DNA of 64,000 bases, from contig QCRZ01000002.1 in NCBI GenBank assembly GCA_003209225.1, positions 4,864 to 68,863 of the forward strand. Direction: 5' to 3'. The stretch comes from Pelagibacteraceae bacterium AG-464-B04 (GTDB taxonomy: Bacteria > Pseudomonadota > Alphaproteobacteria > Pelagibacterales > Pelagibacteraceae). A program made the position numbers and the translations under genes. Every line of letters starts with the position of its first letter. Position 1 is the stretch's first letter. Under the pieces are notes generated by a model. It saw only the letters and a program-made list of their open reading frames with translations. It did no database searches and was not told where the DNA came from. This document shows positions 47,128-55,688 of the stretch, piece after piece.

Positions 47128-47992
47128 TTTGATCAATTTTTAAAATATTATCTAAAGAATTATTTAATTGATTTAAATTTTCACGCCTTGAAATTAAAAA
47201 AACTAAAAGAATTAGAACAAAAACTAGTAAAATTGGGACAAAAGTTAACACAGATAAAGATTGATAAATTAAAGAAAAATAAACCAATAAAAAAAGAATT
47301 GATCTTAAAAAGACAGTTTTTTTAAAAACAGCAACAATAGACAAAGAATGTTTAATAAGATTAAAAAAACTCATTTTAGATGGACCAAAATATCTAGAAC
47401 CTCTAATTGAGGGAATGGAAATGTGGTTTTTGTATAACATTGACAATGAACCAGAAAAACTACTCCAAGTTGAAGCACGATTTGCCATTTCAGCAACAGC
47501 TATTTTAGGTAAACAAGTATAATTTCCAAACTTAATAGAGTGGCCAGTAAAAATAAAAGTTAAATACTTATGTATCAAATAGCACGATTTAAATAAAAAT
47601 CCCTCCGATCTTTTAATTCTATCTGCCGTAATAACCTTATCTTGGCATTCCTGTGCTTTATTAAAAAGTAAAGTTAATTCTTCTGGCCTATCCTCCCCAT
47701 CTGCGTCCATTGGAATAACATAATCAAAATTTTCTTTTTCATTAATATATTTTAAACCAGCAGCATTACATCTTGCGTGTCCTCTATTTTTTTTCATATT
47801 AATAATCTTAATTGTTTTTAAATTTTTAAAATTAGGTTGTGTAGCCATTCTCTCTTCAGTGGACGCATCATTAACCATTATAACGGATATTTCTGCTTCC
47901 CATTTATTAATTTGAAAATCAATGTTTTCTAAAAGTTTAAATACTGATTTCCAGTCATTATAAACAGGAATTAATATTATAAATTTTTTCAT
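47120..47992 (-). CDS. Family-2 glycosyltransferase, polyprenyl-phosphate sugar synthase-like (ArnC/DPM1-like) with C-terminal TM helices
   Basis: 290 aa. [26 protein letters not shown] (DxD), and a hydrophobic tail. Confidence 0.7.
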   Translation of the reverse strand: MKKFIILIPVYNDWKSVFKLLENIDFQINKWEAEISVIMVNDASTEERMATQPNFKNLKTIKIINMKKNRGHARCNAAGLKYINEKENFDYVIPMDADGEDRPEELTLLFNKAQECQDKVITADRIKRSEGFLFKSCYLIHKYLTFIFTGHSIKFGNYTCLPKIAVAEMANRASTWSSFSGSLSMLYKNHISIPSIRGSRYFGPSKMSFFNLIKHSLSIVAVFKKTVFLRSILFLLVYFSLIYQSLSVLTFVPILLVFVLILLVFLISRRENLNQLNNSLDNILKIDQIK

Positions 47993-49356
47993 TTAGAGCC
48001 AATCATACATATCCCTTGAAATTTTATTTTTCCAAAAAGTCCAGGACATACTTTTTCAAGAATTTCTGGATTTCCAGTAAAAATAACACCTCCATCAAAA
48101 TTTAAATTTTTAGGAACACTTTCATTATACCACTTAGGTCTTGATTGAAGATGGTAAGACAAATTTCCTCCATACCATTCATCTCCAACAACTATAGCAA
48201 TTTTATTTGTAAAGTTCTTGTCCCATTTTCTTTGCACTAGTTCTGATATCTCTTTTCCAGGATAATCAGTTCTTTTATTTATTTTGGTGATCGAAACATA
48301 AGCATAAACAAATGGAGAAAATATAAACAAAATTAAAAAAACAGATATAAAATTTTTTAATTTATTTAAATTTATCTGAATTTGAAAAATATAGACTAAT
48401 AATATTCCAAAAAATAAATAAAAGGGCGTCATCCACATTGTTCTTATCTTAACACCCATAAACATGGATGTTAAAAAAATTAAAATAATAGGAATAATAG
48501 TTATAATTAATAAAAATAATAATTTTTTATCCTTAAAATTAAACTTTATTTTTTTTTTCTTAAATACTGATAAAAACATTAAAAAAAATGGTATTAAGAT
48601 ACCAATTTGTTTACCTAAAAAAATAAACGGATAAGTAATATGATCTAAAAAATTTTTTTCCGATAATCCGGTTCTATGAAAAGCATAATTAAACGTAACA
48701 TAATTATTTTCAATTAACCAGAAAACATGTGGTGATAAAACTAATAAAAAAGTAATTAACGAAATAAAACATTTAAAATTTATTTTTTTTTTTATAATCA
48801 TATAAAGAAAAAAAACATCAATCGCAGCAAGCAGGTAAATAAATAAATAATGAGATAAAACACCTAATGCCGCAAAAAAACCAAATAATGACCAATCAAT
48901 AATTTTGTTATTTTTAAATCCTTTCCAGCAATATAAAACTGTCAAAGTCCAAAAAGGTAGTTCACAAACATACACATTAAATTCTGGACTGGTATAATTG
49001 TAAAAATATATACCTTCTAATAATAATATTGATATTAAATTATGAATTTTATTTTTAAAAAAATCCTCAGAAAATTTCCAAATTATTAAAAAACTAATAA
49101 CAATACATATTTGGCTAAGCAAATAATATGCCCAGTCTTGATTTCCGAATATTTGGTAAATTATTTCTACAAAAAAAGCACTTAATGGTGGATGCTTGTT
49201 AAATCCCCAATCTAAATTACTACCCCAGGCCAAAGCTTCGATTGTATCAAGAGGAAGGTTGGGATTAGTTAAAGATGGAACCAATACCCAAATTAAGGCA
49301 TGGGTAAACAAAAAAAATATGAAATATTTGTTAATTTGGCTTTGTTTAATAAACAT
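47989..49356 (-). CDS. Polytopic ArnT/PMT-like (GT-C fold) glycosyltransferase
   Basis: 455 aa with at least 10 TM helices. First periplasmic loop PLDTIEALAWG. 4-nt overlap with the GT2 gene. Confidence 0.65.
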   Translation of the reverse strand: MFIKQSQINKYFIFFLFTHALIWVLVPSLTNPNLPLDTIEALAWGSNLDWGFNKHPPLSAFFVEIIYQIFGNQDWAYYLLSQICIVISFLIIWKFSEDFFKNKIHNLISILLLEGIYFYNYTSPEFNVYVCELPFWTLTVLYCWKGFKNNKIIDWSLFGFFAALGVLSHYLFIYLLAAIDVFFLYMIIKKKINFKCFISLITFLLVLSPHVFWLIENNYVTFNYAFHRTGLSEKNFLDHITYPFIFLGKQIGILIPFFLMFLSVFKKKKIKFNFKDKKLLFLLIITIIPIILIFLTSMFMGVKIRTMWMTPFYLFFGILLVYIFQIQINLNKLKNFISVFLILFIFSPFVYAYVSITKINKRTDYPGKEISELVQRKWDKNFTNKIAIVVGDEWYGGNLSYHLQSRPKWYNESVPKNLNFDGGVIFTGNPEILEKVCPGLFGKIKFQGICMIGSK

Positions 49357-49428
49357 AAATATAAATTATATAAATTAAATTAACTTGACAGTAAACTTAA
49401 GCTGAATATATTCACCGATTATTTTACT

Positions 49429-49848
49429 ATGCCTACGAGAATTTCAAAGAGCTATATGCCAAATAAAAAAGAGAAGTATATGTGCGAAAAGCATAAAGCA
49501 TACTTCAAAAGAGAACTAGTGAGTTGGAAAAACACTATAATGAAGTCTAATTCTCAAGCTTTATATTCAAGTAATATGGTTAATAATATTTCTTCTCCTG
49601 ATATCGTTGATCAAGCAAGTTCTTACACAGAAAAAAATGTAGAAATGAGGACGGTAAATAGACAAATAAAACTTATTTCTAAAATTGATGCAGCTTTAAA
49701 AAAAATAAATGACGGAACTTATGGATTTTGCGAAGAAACAGGTGAACCAATTGGTCTAAAAAGATTAATTGCAAGGCCTATAGCAACTTTATGTATTGCT
49801 GCTCAAGAAAAACACGAAAGAGAAGAAAAAATTCACGCAGAATTATAA
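49429..49848 (+). CDS. dksA: RNA polymerase-binding transcription factor DksA (2-Cys variant)
   Basis: 139 aa. Coiled-coil region, then GTYGFCEETGEPIGLKRLIARPIATLCIAAQ. Only two of the four zinc-finger Cys are present. Confidence 0.85.
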   Translation: MPTRISKSYMPNKKEKYMCEKHKAYFKRELVSWKNTIMKSNSQALYSSNMVNNISSPDIVDQASSYTEKNVEMRTVNRQIKLISKIDAALKKINDGTYGFCEETGEPIGLKRLIARPIATLCIAAQEKHEREEKIHAEL

Positions 49849-50475
49849 TTTTACTATAGGAACTTTTTCACCAGAATTTAGACAATCGTATCCCTTTATT
49901 ACACCTGGTCTTTCAGAAACAAGTTGATACCATCTACTCAGATGTTGAAATTTTTTTAATCCTACATCATGCCATTCGTGTCTGGCGATCCAAGGAAAGG
50001 TTGCTATATCAGCTATTGAATAATCATCTCCTGCTAAAAAATTTGATGTTGATAAATGTTGATCTAAATCTTTATAAATTCTTTTTGCTATATTAAAATA
50101 TCTTTCTTCACCAAATTTACTTTTTCCAGGATTGTAATGATGAAACTGATGATGTTGTCCAAGCATGGGTCCAATATCACCCATTTGGGCCATTAACCAT
50201 TGATTAATTAGATTTTTATTTTTGACTTCATAAAATTTTCCACTTAATTCAGCTAAATAAATTAAAATAGCGCCCGATTGACTTAAACTAATTTTATTTT
50301 TGTGGTCTATTATTGCGGGTATTTTGCTTAAAGGGCTTATTTTTCTAAAATCTGAATTATATTGATCACCCTTTGAAAGATTTATTTCAGTTATTTTATA
50401 ATCAAATTTTATTTCTTCCAGCATAATAGATATTTTTCTTCCGTTAGGAGTGTTGGCATAAAATAACTCAATCAC
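49843..50475 (-). CDS. Nu-class glutathione S-transferase (YfcG-like)
   Basis: IELFYANTPNGRKISIMLEEIKFDYKITEINLSKGDQYNSDFRKISPLSKIPAIIDH parallels YfcG. I prefer the GTG start at 50475 (GGGAG ribosome-binding site, overlaps the upstream TGA) over the track's ATG at 50544, which would overlap the upstream gene by 77 nt. Confidence 0.8.
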   Translation of the reverse strand: MIELFYANTPNGRKISIMLEEIKFDYKITEINLSKGDQYNSDFRKISPLSKIPAIIDHKNKISLSQSGAILIYLAELSGKFYEVKNKNLINQWLMAQMGDIGPMLGQHHQFHHYNPGKSKFGEERYFNIAKRIYKDLDQHLSTSNFLAGDDYSIADIATFPWIARHEWHDVGLKKFQHLSRWYQLVSERPGVIKGYDCLNSGEKVPIVKL

Positions 50476-51490
50476 CTTTTTTGACTCCCAATCTTTCCTG
50501 TATACTTTTTGAAGTTGTTGTATATTCAAATCTGTATGCCACATTTGGTTTCGCTATTTTAAAACAGGCTCTTGCTGCAAGTGCACCCTCATGAAAGCCA
50601 GATAAAATTAATTTAAGTTTACCTGGATATGTACATATATCGCCTATTGCAAAAATTCCCTCTTTATTTGTCTGAAAATTTTCTGTATTTACCGGTATTG
50701 TTTTTTTTTCTAAATTCAAACCCCATTCAGCAATTGGACCAAGTTTCATTATTAATCCAAAAAAACCAAGCACACAGTCAGTTTTAATTTTTTCAATTTT
50801 TCCATCTTCGTTTTTTATAGTTATTGCGTTTACTTTTTTTTCACCTTCGATTGAATTTATTTGGAAAGGAGTTTTTATTTTTAATTTGCCTTCTTTTTCA
50901 AGTTTTTTCACAATTTCCGCACTATGTTCGGCCCCTCTAAATTCGTTTCTCCTATGTACTAATATTACGTCAGAAATTTTTGATAATTCAATAGCCCAAT
51001 CTAAAGCTGAGTCTCCTCCTCCAAATATACAGACTTTTTTATTTTTAAAATCATTTTTATTTTTGACTGAATAAAAAACACCATTATTTTCAAATTTTTC
51101 TACATTTTTGACAAAAAATTTTCTTGGTTCAAAAGATCCAACGCCACCTGCAATTATAATATTTGGGGTTATAAAAATTTTCTTCTTGCTTGTCTCGACT
51201 TTCCATTCATTTTTATTTTGTGAAACTGCCTCAACTCTTTCATTTAAATGAAAGTTTGGTTTAAAAGGTTTAATTTGTTCTAATAAATTTTTTGTTAAAC
51301 CTTCTCCAGTGCACTCAGGTATAGCGGGAATATCATAAATTGGTTTGTCAGGATAAAGCTCTATACACTGTCCACCAATTTTATCCAAATTGTCAATTAT
51401 TTCTGCTTTGAGGCCAATTATGCCCAGCTGGTGTACAACAAACAAACCAACTGGCCCGGCACCAACTACCACTGCATCTGTTTTAATCAT
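50468..51490 (-). CDS. Ferredoxin--NADP+ reductase, thioredoxin-reductase-like type
   Basis: 340 aa. DAVVVGAGPVGLF (FAD), VCIFGGGDSALDWA (NADPH), IFAIGDI. Lacks the TrxR CxxC. Confidence 0.75.
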   Translation of the reverse strand: MIKTDAVVVGAGPVGLFVVHQLGIIGLKAEIIDNLDKIGGQCIELYPDKPIYDIPAIPECTGEGLTKNLLEQIKPFKPNFHLNERVEAVSQNKNEWKVETSKKKIFITPNIIIAGGVGSFEPRKFFVKNVEKFENNGVFYSVKNKNDFKNKKVCIFGGGDSALDWAIELSKISDVILVHRRNEFRGAEHSAEIVKKLEKEGKLKIKTPFQINSIEGEKKVNAITIKNEDGKIEKIKTDCVLGFFGLIMKLGPIAEWGLNLEKKTIPVNTENFQTNKEGIFAIGDICTYPGKLKLILSGFHEGALAARACFKIAKPNVAYRFEYTTTSKSIQERLGVKKGD

Positions 51491-51497
51491 ATTTTAA

Positions 51498-51821
51498 TTA
51501 TGCTTGTTTTAGTGGCAAATTTACGACCATACCATCTAAATCGTCATTAACCACAATTTGGCATGATAGCCTACTAAGCTTGTTTGGTTCATAAGCCATA
51601 TCAAGCATATCTTGTTCTGCGGACTCTATTTTTGAAATTTTGTTAAAAAAATTTTCATCAATATAAACATGACATGTCGCACATGCACAGGCTCCACCAC
51701 ATTCAGCATCAACTCCTGGAATAGCGTTTTGCACTGCACCATCCATAATTGTCATACCATTTGGAACTTCGATAACGTGTTTTTTTTTATTTAAAAACTC
51801 TATATAGGTAATTTTTGCCAT
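51498..51821 (-). CDS. fdx: [2Fe-2S] ferredoxin, adrenodoxin/putidaredoxin type
   Basis: 107 aa. AECGGACACATCHVYI...LSCQI cluster ligands. Confidence 0.9.
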   Translation of the reverse strand: MAKITYIEFLNKKKHVIEVPNGMTIMDGAVQNAIPGVDAECGGACACATCHVYIDENFFNKISKIESAEQDMLDMAYEPNKLSRLSCQIVVNDDLDGMVVNLPLKQA

Positions 51822-51883
51822 GAAAATTTGTTTATAGATTAAAAAAAATTGAGCAAATTAAAAGATTATACTTTTTTTTTGTT

Positions 51884-52627
51884 TCATTTTGCTAGAACCC
51901 AAATGGTTATACCAAAAGCAATTTTATTAACGAAATCTGCAAAATTATAAATTATACTTAAAGAACTTGAGTCTAACCCTCCTGTTAAGTATCCAAAAAC
52001 ATAACCCAAAGGATATACTGCCCAACCAATTGTTACGATCATCCTTAGTATTGAGAATGTTGCAATCAAGTCTTCGTTATTTGATTTATAAACAATTTTT
52101 CCAGCCTCGCCTGAAAATATTTCATAGAGAATAAAAATCCATCCACTCATCCAAATGACGAATCCTATGAATGGCAAAATATATCCTGTTTCACCAGCAT
52201 ACCCCCCCATAACCATAATCAAAGCACCTATCAAAAGCTTCCAAAAGATTGTTGTAGGAACTTTTTTAATTGCAGTTAAAATTAAATAAAATTGTATAGC
52301 TAACAACGGCATAGTTATTAACCATTCTATATATTTATAAACTGTTGGAATATCACCTGTCGAAAGCCATAAATTTCTTAAATACAAAGAATGTACGAAT
52401 GTTATACCTGTAATAATACCAGCAACTGTAATTGATGTTCTCCATCCCTGAACAACTGCGCCACGTTCTAAAAAAAAGAAAGCAGTAGCTGCTAGACTGC
52501 CCATTGATATAAACCAAAAAGAAAAACCTACAAAATCATCTGGTCTGAGCATTGTCTCTGCGAAAGCATTACTTGATGTACCAATCAATATTGGTAAAAT
52601 TAATAAAATTCTTTTTAAATTACTCAT
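51884..52627 (-). CDS. Proteorhodopsin-family microbial rhodopsin with non-canonical K/E/T/Q residues at the R94/D97/T101/E108 positions
   Basis: 247 aa with a signal peptide and 7 TM helices. The retinal Lys is in YNFADFVNKIAFG. Helix F reads IGWAVYPLGY. Helix C reads TVYKYIEWLITMPLLAIQFY versus the canonical TVFRYIDWLLTVPLLICEFY. Confidence 0.9.
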   Translation of the reverse strand: MSNLKRILLILPILIGTSSNAFAETMLRPDDFVGFSFWFISMGSLAATAFFFLERGAVVQGWRTSITVAGIITGITFVHSLYLRNLWLSTGDIPTVYKYIEWLITMPLLAIQFYLILTAIKKVPTTIFWKLLIGALIMVMGGYAGETGYILPFIGFVIWMSGWIFILYEIFSGEAGKIVYKSNNEDLIATFSILRMIVTIGWAVYPLGYVFGYLTGGLDSSSLSIIYNFADFVNKIAFGITIWVLAK

Positions 52628-52644
52628 ATCCCAAGCACATTAAT

Positions 52645-52661
52645 CACAAATTCTCAATTTG
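52645..52661. promoter_or_regulatory. 17-bp inverted repeat ACAAATT-CTC-AATTTGT just upstream of the rhodopsin start codon
   Basis: Perfect 7-bp arms, 18-34 nt upstream of the ATG at 52627. Either an operator or a 5'-UTR hairpin. Confidence 0.3.
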
Positions 52662-52768
52662 TTGAAGTTTTTTTTTAATTAATTAATGTTGAATTTAAAG
52701 GTTTTTTATTAAATGATCAAAGATATAATTATATGTTAATTTTTTATTGATAAATTGGAGTTTATTAA

Positions 52769-54664
52769 ATGAATCAAAAATATTTTGATATATATAATGA
52801 ATCAATTGAAAATCCTGAACTTTTTTGGAAAAAAGTATCTAAAAATATTTACTGGTATAAAGAACCTTCAAAAATTCTTAATAAGTTAAACCCACCATTT
52901 TATAGATGGTTTGAAGATGGCATTACAAACACATGTTATAATGCTTTGGATGTTCATATTAAAAATGGACTAGGTAATAAAATAGCGTTAATTTATGATA
53001 GCCCCATAACAGGGGAGAAAAAAAAATTTACATATTTAGATTTAAAAAATTTGGTAGCAATTTTCGCTGGCGCACTAAAGAATCAAGGTGTCAATAAAGG
53101 TGATCGTGTAATTATATATATGCCAATGATACCGGAAGCAGTTATTGCTATGTTGGCCTGTGGAAGGATTGGAGCAATTCATTCTGTTGTTTTTGGTGGT
53201 TTTGCTGCAAACGAACTGGCAAGTAGAATTGATGACTCAAAAGCAAAAATTATTGTTAGTGCATCTTGTGGTTTTGAACCTGGTAGAACAGTTGAATATA
53301 AACCTCTATTAGATAAAGCCATGAATATTTCAAAACACAAACCCAAAAAAATAATTTTTTTTCAAAGGAAAAAACATGAAGTAAAATTAAAATCTCCAAA
53401 TGAAATAAGCTGGGAAGATGCAAATACAAATGCCTCTCCAGTTGATTGTGTAGAGATGAAAGCTTCTGACTATGCATATATTTTATACACTTCAGGAACA
53501 ACAGGAACTCCCAAAGGAATTGTAAGAGATATAGGTGGACATATCGTTGCTCTAAAATGGACAATGAAAAATATATACAATGTCGATGAAAATGATGTTT
53601 GGTGGTCTGCAAGTGATATTGGTTGGATTGTCGGTCATTCTTACATAGTTTACGCACCATTATTTCATGGATGCACAACAGTATTATTTGAAGGAAAACC
53701 TGTAGGAACTCCAGATGCTGGGGTTTTTTGGAGAATTATTTCAGAACATAAAGTTAAATCTCTTTTCACAGCACCTACAGCTTTTAGGGCAATAAAAAAA
53801 GAAGATCCTGAAGGAAAATTTTTTTCAAAATACAATTTAGATTCTTTCAAATCTTTATTTTTAGCTGGAGAAAGAGCTGATCCAGATACTCTTAAATGGG
53901 CAGAATCTCTTCTTAAAGTTCCTGTAATTGACCATTGGTGGCAAACAGAAACTAGTTGGGCTATCAGCGCAAATTGTATGGGCATAGAACAACAAAAAAC
54001 CAAATATGGCTCCGCATGTAAAGCTGTACCTGGATATAACGTAAAAGTAATGAAAAGTGATAAAACAGAAGCTAAACCCAATGAGATGGGAGACATAGTT
54101 GTTAAACTTCCTTTGCCTCCAGGTACATTTCCAACTTTATGGAACGCTGATGAAAGATATAAGGAAAATTATATGAGCAATTATCCCGGGTACTATCAAA
54201 CATATGATGCGGGACATATAGATGATGATGGTTATCTTTGGATCATGTCTAGAACTGATGACATAATTAACACTGCAGGACATAGGTTATCAACAGGCGC
54301 AATAGAAGAAGTTCTTTCTGAACATAAGGCAGTTGCCGAATGTGCAGTCATTGGTATTGCTGACTCTTTGAAGGGGCAAGTTCCTATAGGTCTCTTAACT
54401 TTAAAAGCTGGAGTCAAAACTGGTAATGAAGAAATTTCAAAAGAATGCATCAAGATGGTAAGAGAAAAAGTAGGCCCTGTAGCAGCATTTAAAATAGCAA
54501 TAGTTGTAAAGAGACTTCCCAAGACAAGATCGGGCAAAATATTAAGAGGAACGGTTAGAAAAATCGCTGATAATGAACCTTATAAAATGCCTGCAACTAT
54601 TGACGATCCTGCAATTTTATCAGAAATTAAGGAAGATCTAAAGAAACATCAAATTTTAAAATAA
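52769..54664 (+). CDS. prpE: Propionate--CoA ligase (acyl/acetyl-CoA synthetase family)
   Basis: 631 aa. N-terminal PELFWKK...WF.DG..N.C.NALD pattern, AMP-binding motif YTSGTTGTPKG, and C-terminal PKTRSGKILR. Confidence 0.7.
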   Translation: MNQKYFDIYNESIENPELFWKKVSKNIYWYKEPSKILNKLNPPFYRWFEDGITNTCYNALDVHIKNGLGNKIALIYDSPITGEKKKFTYLDLKNLVAIFAGALKNQGVNKGDRVIIYMPMIPEAVIAMLACGRIGAIHSVVFGGFAANELASRIDDSKAKIIVSASCGFEPGRTVEYKPLLDKAMNISKHKPKKIIFFQRKKHEVKLKSPNEISWEDANTNASPVDCVEMKASDYAYILYTSGTTGTPKGIVRDIGGHIVALKWTMKNIYNVDENDVWWSASDIGWIVGHSYIVYAPLFHGCTTVLFEGKPVGTPDAGVFWRIISEHKVKSLFTAPTAFRAIKKEDPEGKFFSKYNLDSFKSLFLAGERADPDTLKWAESLLKVPVIDHWWQTETSWAISANCMGIEQQKTKYGSACKAVPGYNVKVMKSDKTEAKPNEMGDIVVKLPLPPGTFPTLWNADERYKENYMSNYPGYYQTYDAGHIDDDGYLWIMSRTDDIINTAGHRLSTGAIEEVLSEHKAVAECAVIGIADSLKGQVPIGLLTLKAGVKTGNEEISKECIKMVREKVGPVAAFKIAIVVKRLPKTRSGKILRGTVRKIADNEPYKMPATIDDPAILSEIKEDLKKHQILK

Positions 54665-54671
54665 AGGGAAC

Positions 54672-55688
54672 ATGAAAAAAATATTCCTAATTCTAATTTG
54701 TTTATTAATTGCAAATCCTGCATTTGCTGCACCACTAAAATCACCATTAGATAAATTATTGAAGTACTTTAAAAACGGTGAGATGATTAAAATCCAATCA
54801 TATACTGCTAAAAATTTTATAGAAATAAAAGATGGAACTTATAAAAAATCACCCATTGAAATAGACACATTTATATCTTATCCAAAAAAAGGTGATGGGC
54901 CATTCCCAGTTTTAGTATTTGCTCATGCAAGTGGTGGACCACTTTTGTTTACAGATGAATGGTTTAAATTTAACAGACAGGTCGCAAAATTATTACAAAA
55001 GAAAGGAATTGCTGTAATGTTTTTAGATAATTTTGCACCTAGAGGCACATATACTACTTATGCAAATCAACAAAAAGTAACTCATTGGTCAACATACATT
55101 GATGCATTCAAAGCACTTGAATATTTATCAAAACAACCAAAAGTAAATATTAAAAAAATTGGAATTACTGGTTGGTCAAGAGGAGGAATGATTTCCTTAA
55201 TGGTTGCTGAGAAAAGATTAAGAGATATATTGGTTAGTAAAGATTTATATTTTGCTGCTGCACAACCTAGATCTCCAGATTGTACTACAAATATGTTTAG
55301 AAACCCTCAACCAATAAAAGAAACAAAAACTTGGATGGTTCTTGGTGGAGCTGATGATTACACCCTAGCAGAAGACTGCGTTGAACAAGGAGAAAGAATC
55401 AAAGCAAATGGAGGAGATATAGAAATTACGGTAAAAAAAGGATGGGGGCACGGGTTCACTGCAAATTATGAAGCTGAATACGAGGGGGATTCGATGATCT
55501 TTCATAATTGTCCTGACTCTTTAATGGAAGATGATGGAACTTACGGTACTAGCGATCCAAACTATAAGTGGGCTAAGGAGTGGTGGAATGATCCATGTAT
55601 TACAAGAGGTGCTCATATAGGAGGGAATAAGGGAGGCACATTCAAAGGACCATTTTTAAAATTTTTTAAAAAAAACTTACTTAATTAA
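54672..55688 (+). CDS. Secreted alpha/beta hydrolase (dienelactone-hydrolase-like)
   Basis: 338 aa with signal peptide MKKIFLILICLLIANPAFA. Nucleophile elbow GWSRGG; GGADD and GHGF supply candidate acid/His. Starts 8 nt after prpE. Confidence 0.65.
   Translation: MKKIFLILICLLIANPAFAAPLKSPLDKLLKYFKNGEMIKIQSYTAKNFIEIKDGTYKKSPIEIDTFISYPKKGDGPFPVLVFAHASGGPLLFTDEWFKFNRQVAKLLQKKGIAVMFLDNFAPRGTYTTYANQQKVTHWSTYIDAFKALEYLSKQPKVNIKKIGITGWSRGGMISLMVAEKRLRDILVSKDLYFAAAQPRSPDCTTNMFRNPQPIKETKTWMVLGGADDYTLAEDCVEQGERIKANGGDIEITVKKGWGHGFTANYEAEYEGDSMIFHNCPDSLMEDDGTYGTSDPNYKWAKEWWNDPCITRGAHIGGNKGGTFKGPFLKFFKKNLLN

Noticed and set aside
50476-50544. The longer GST ORF starting at ATG 50544, which would overlap the reductase gene by 77 nt.
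   Set aside because: The conserved GST N-terminal strand begins at IELFY. A GTG at 50475 with a GGGAG ribosome-binding site overlaps the upstream TGA in the compact way seen throughout this window.
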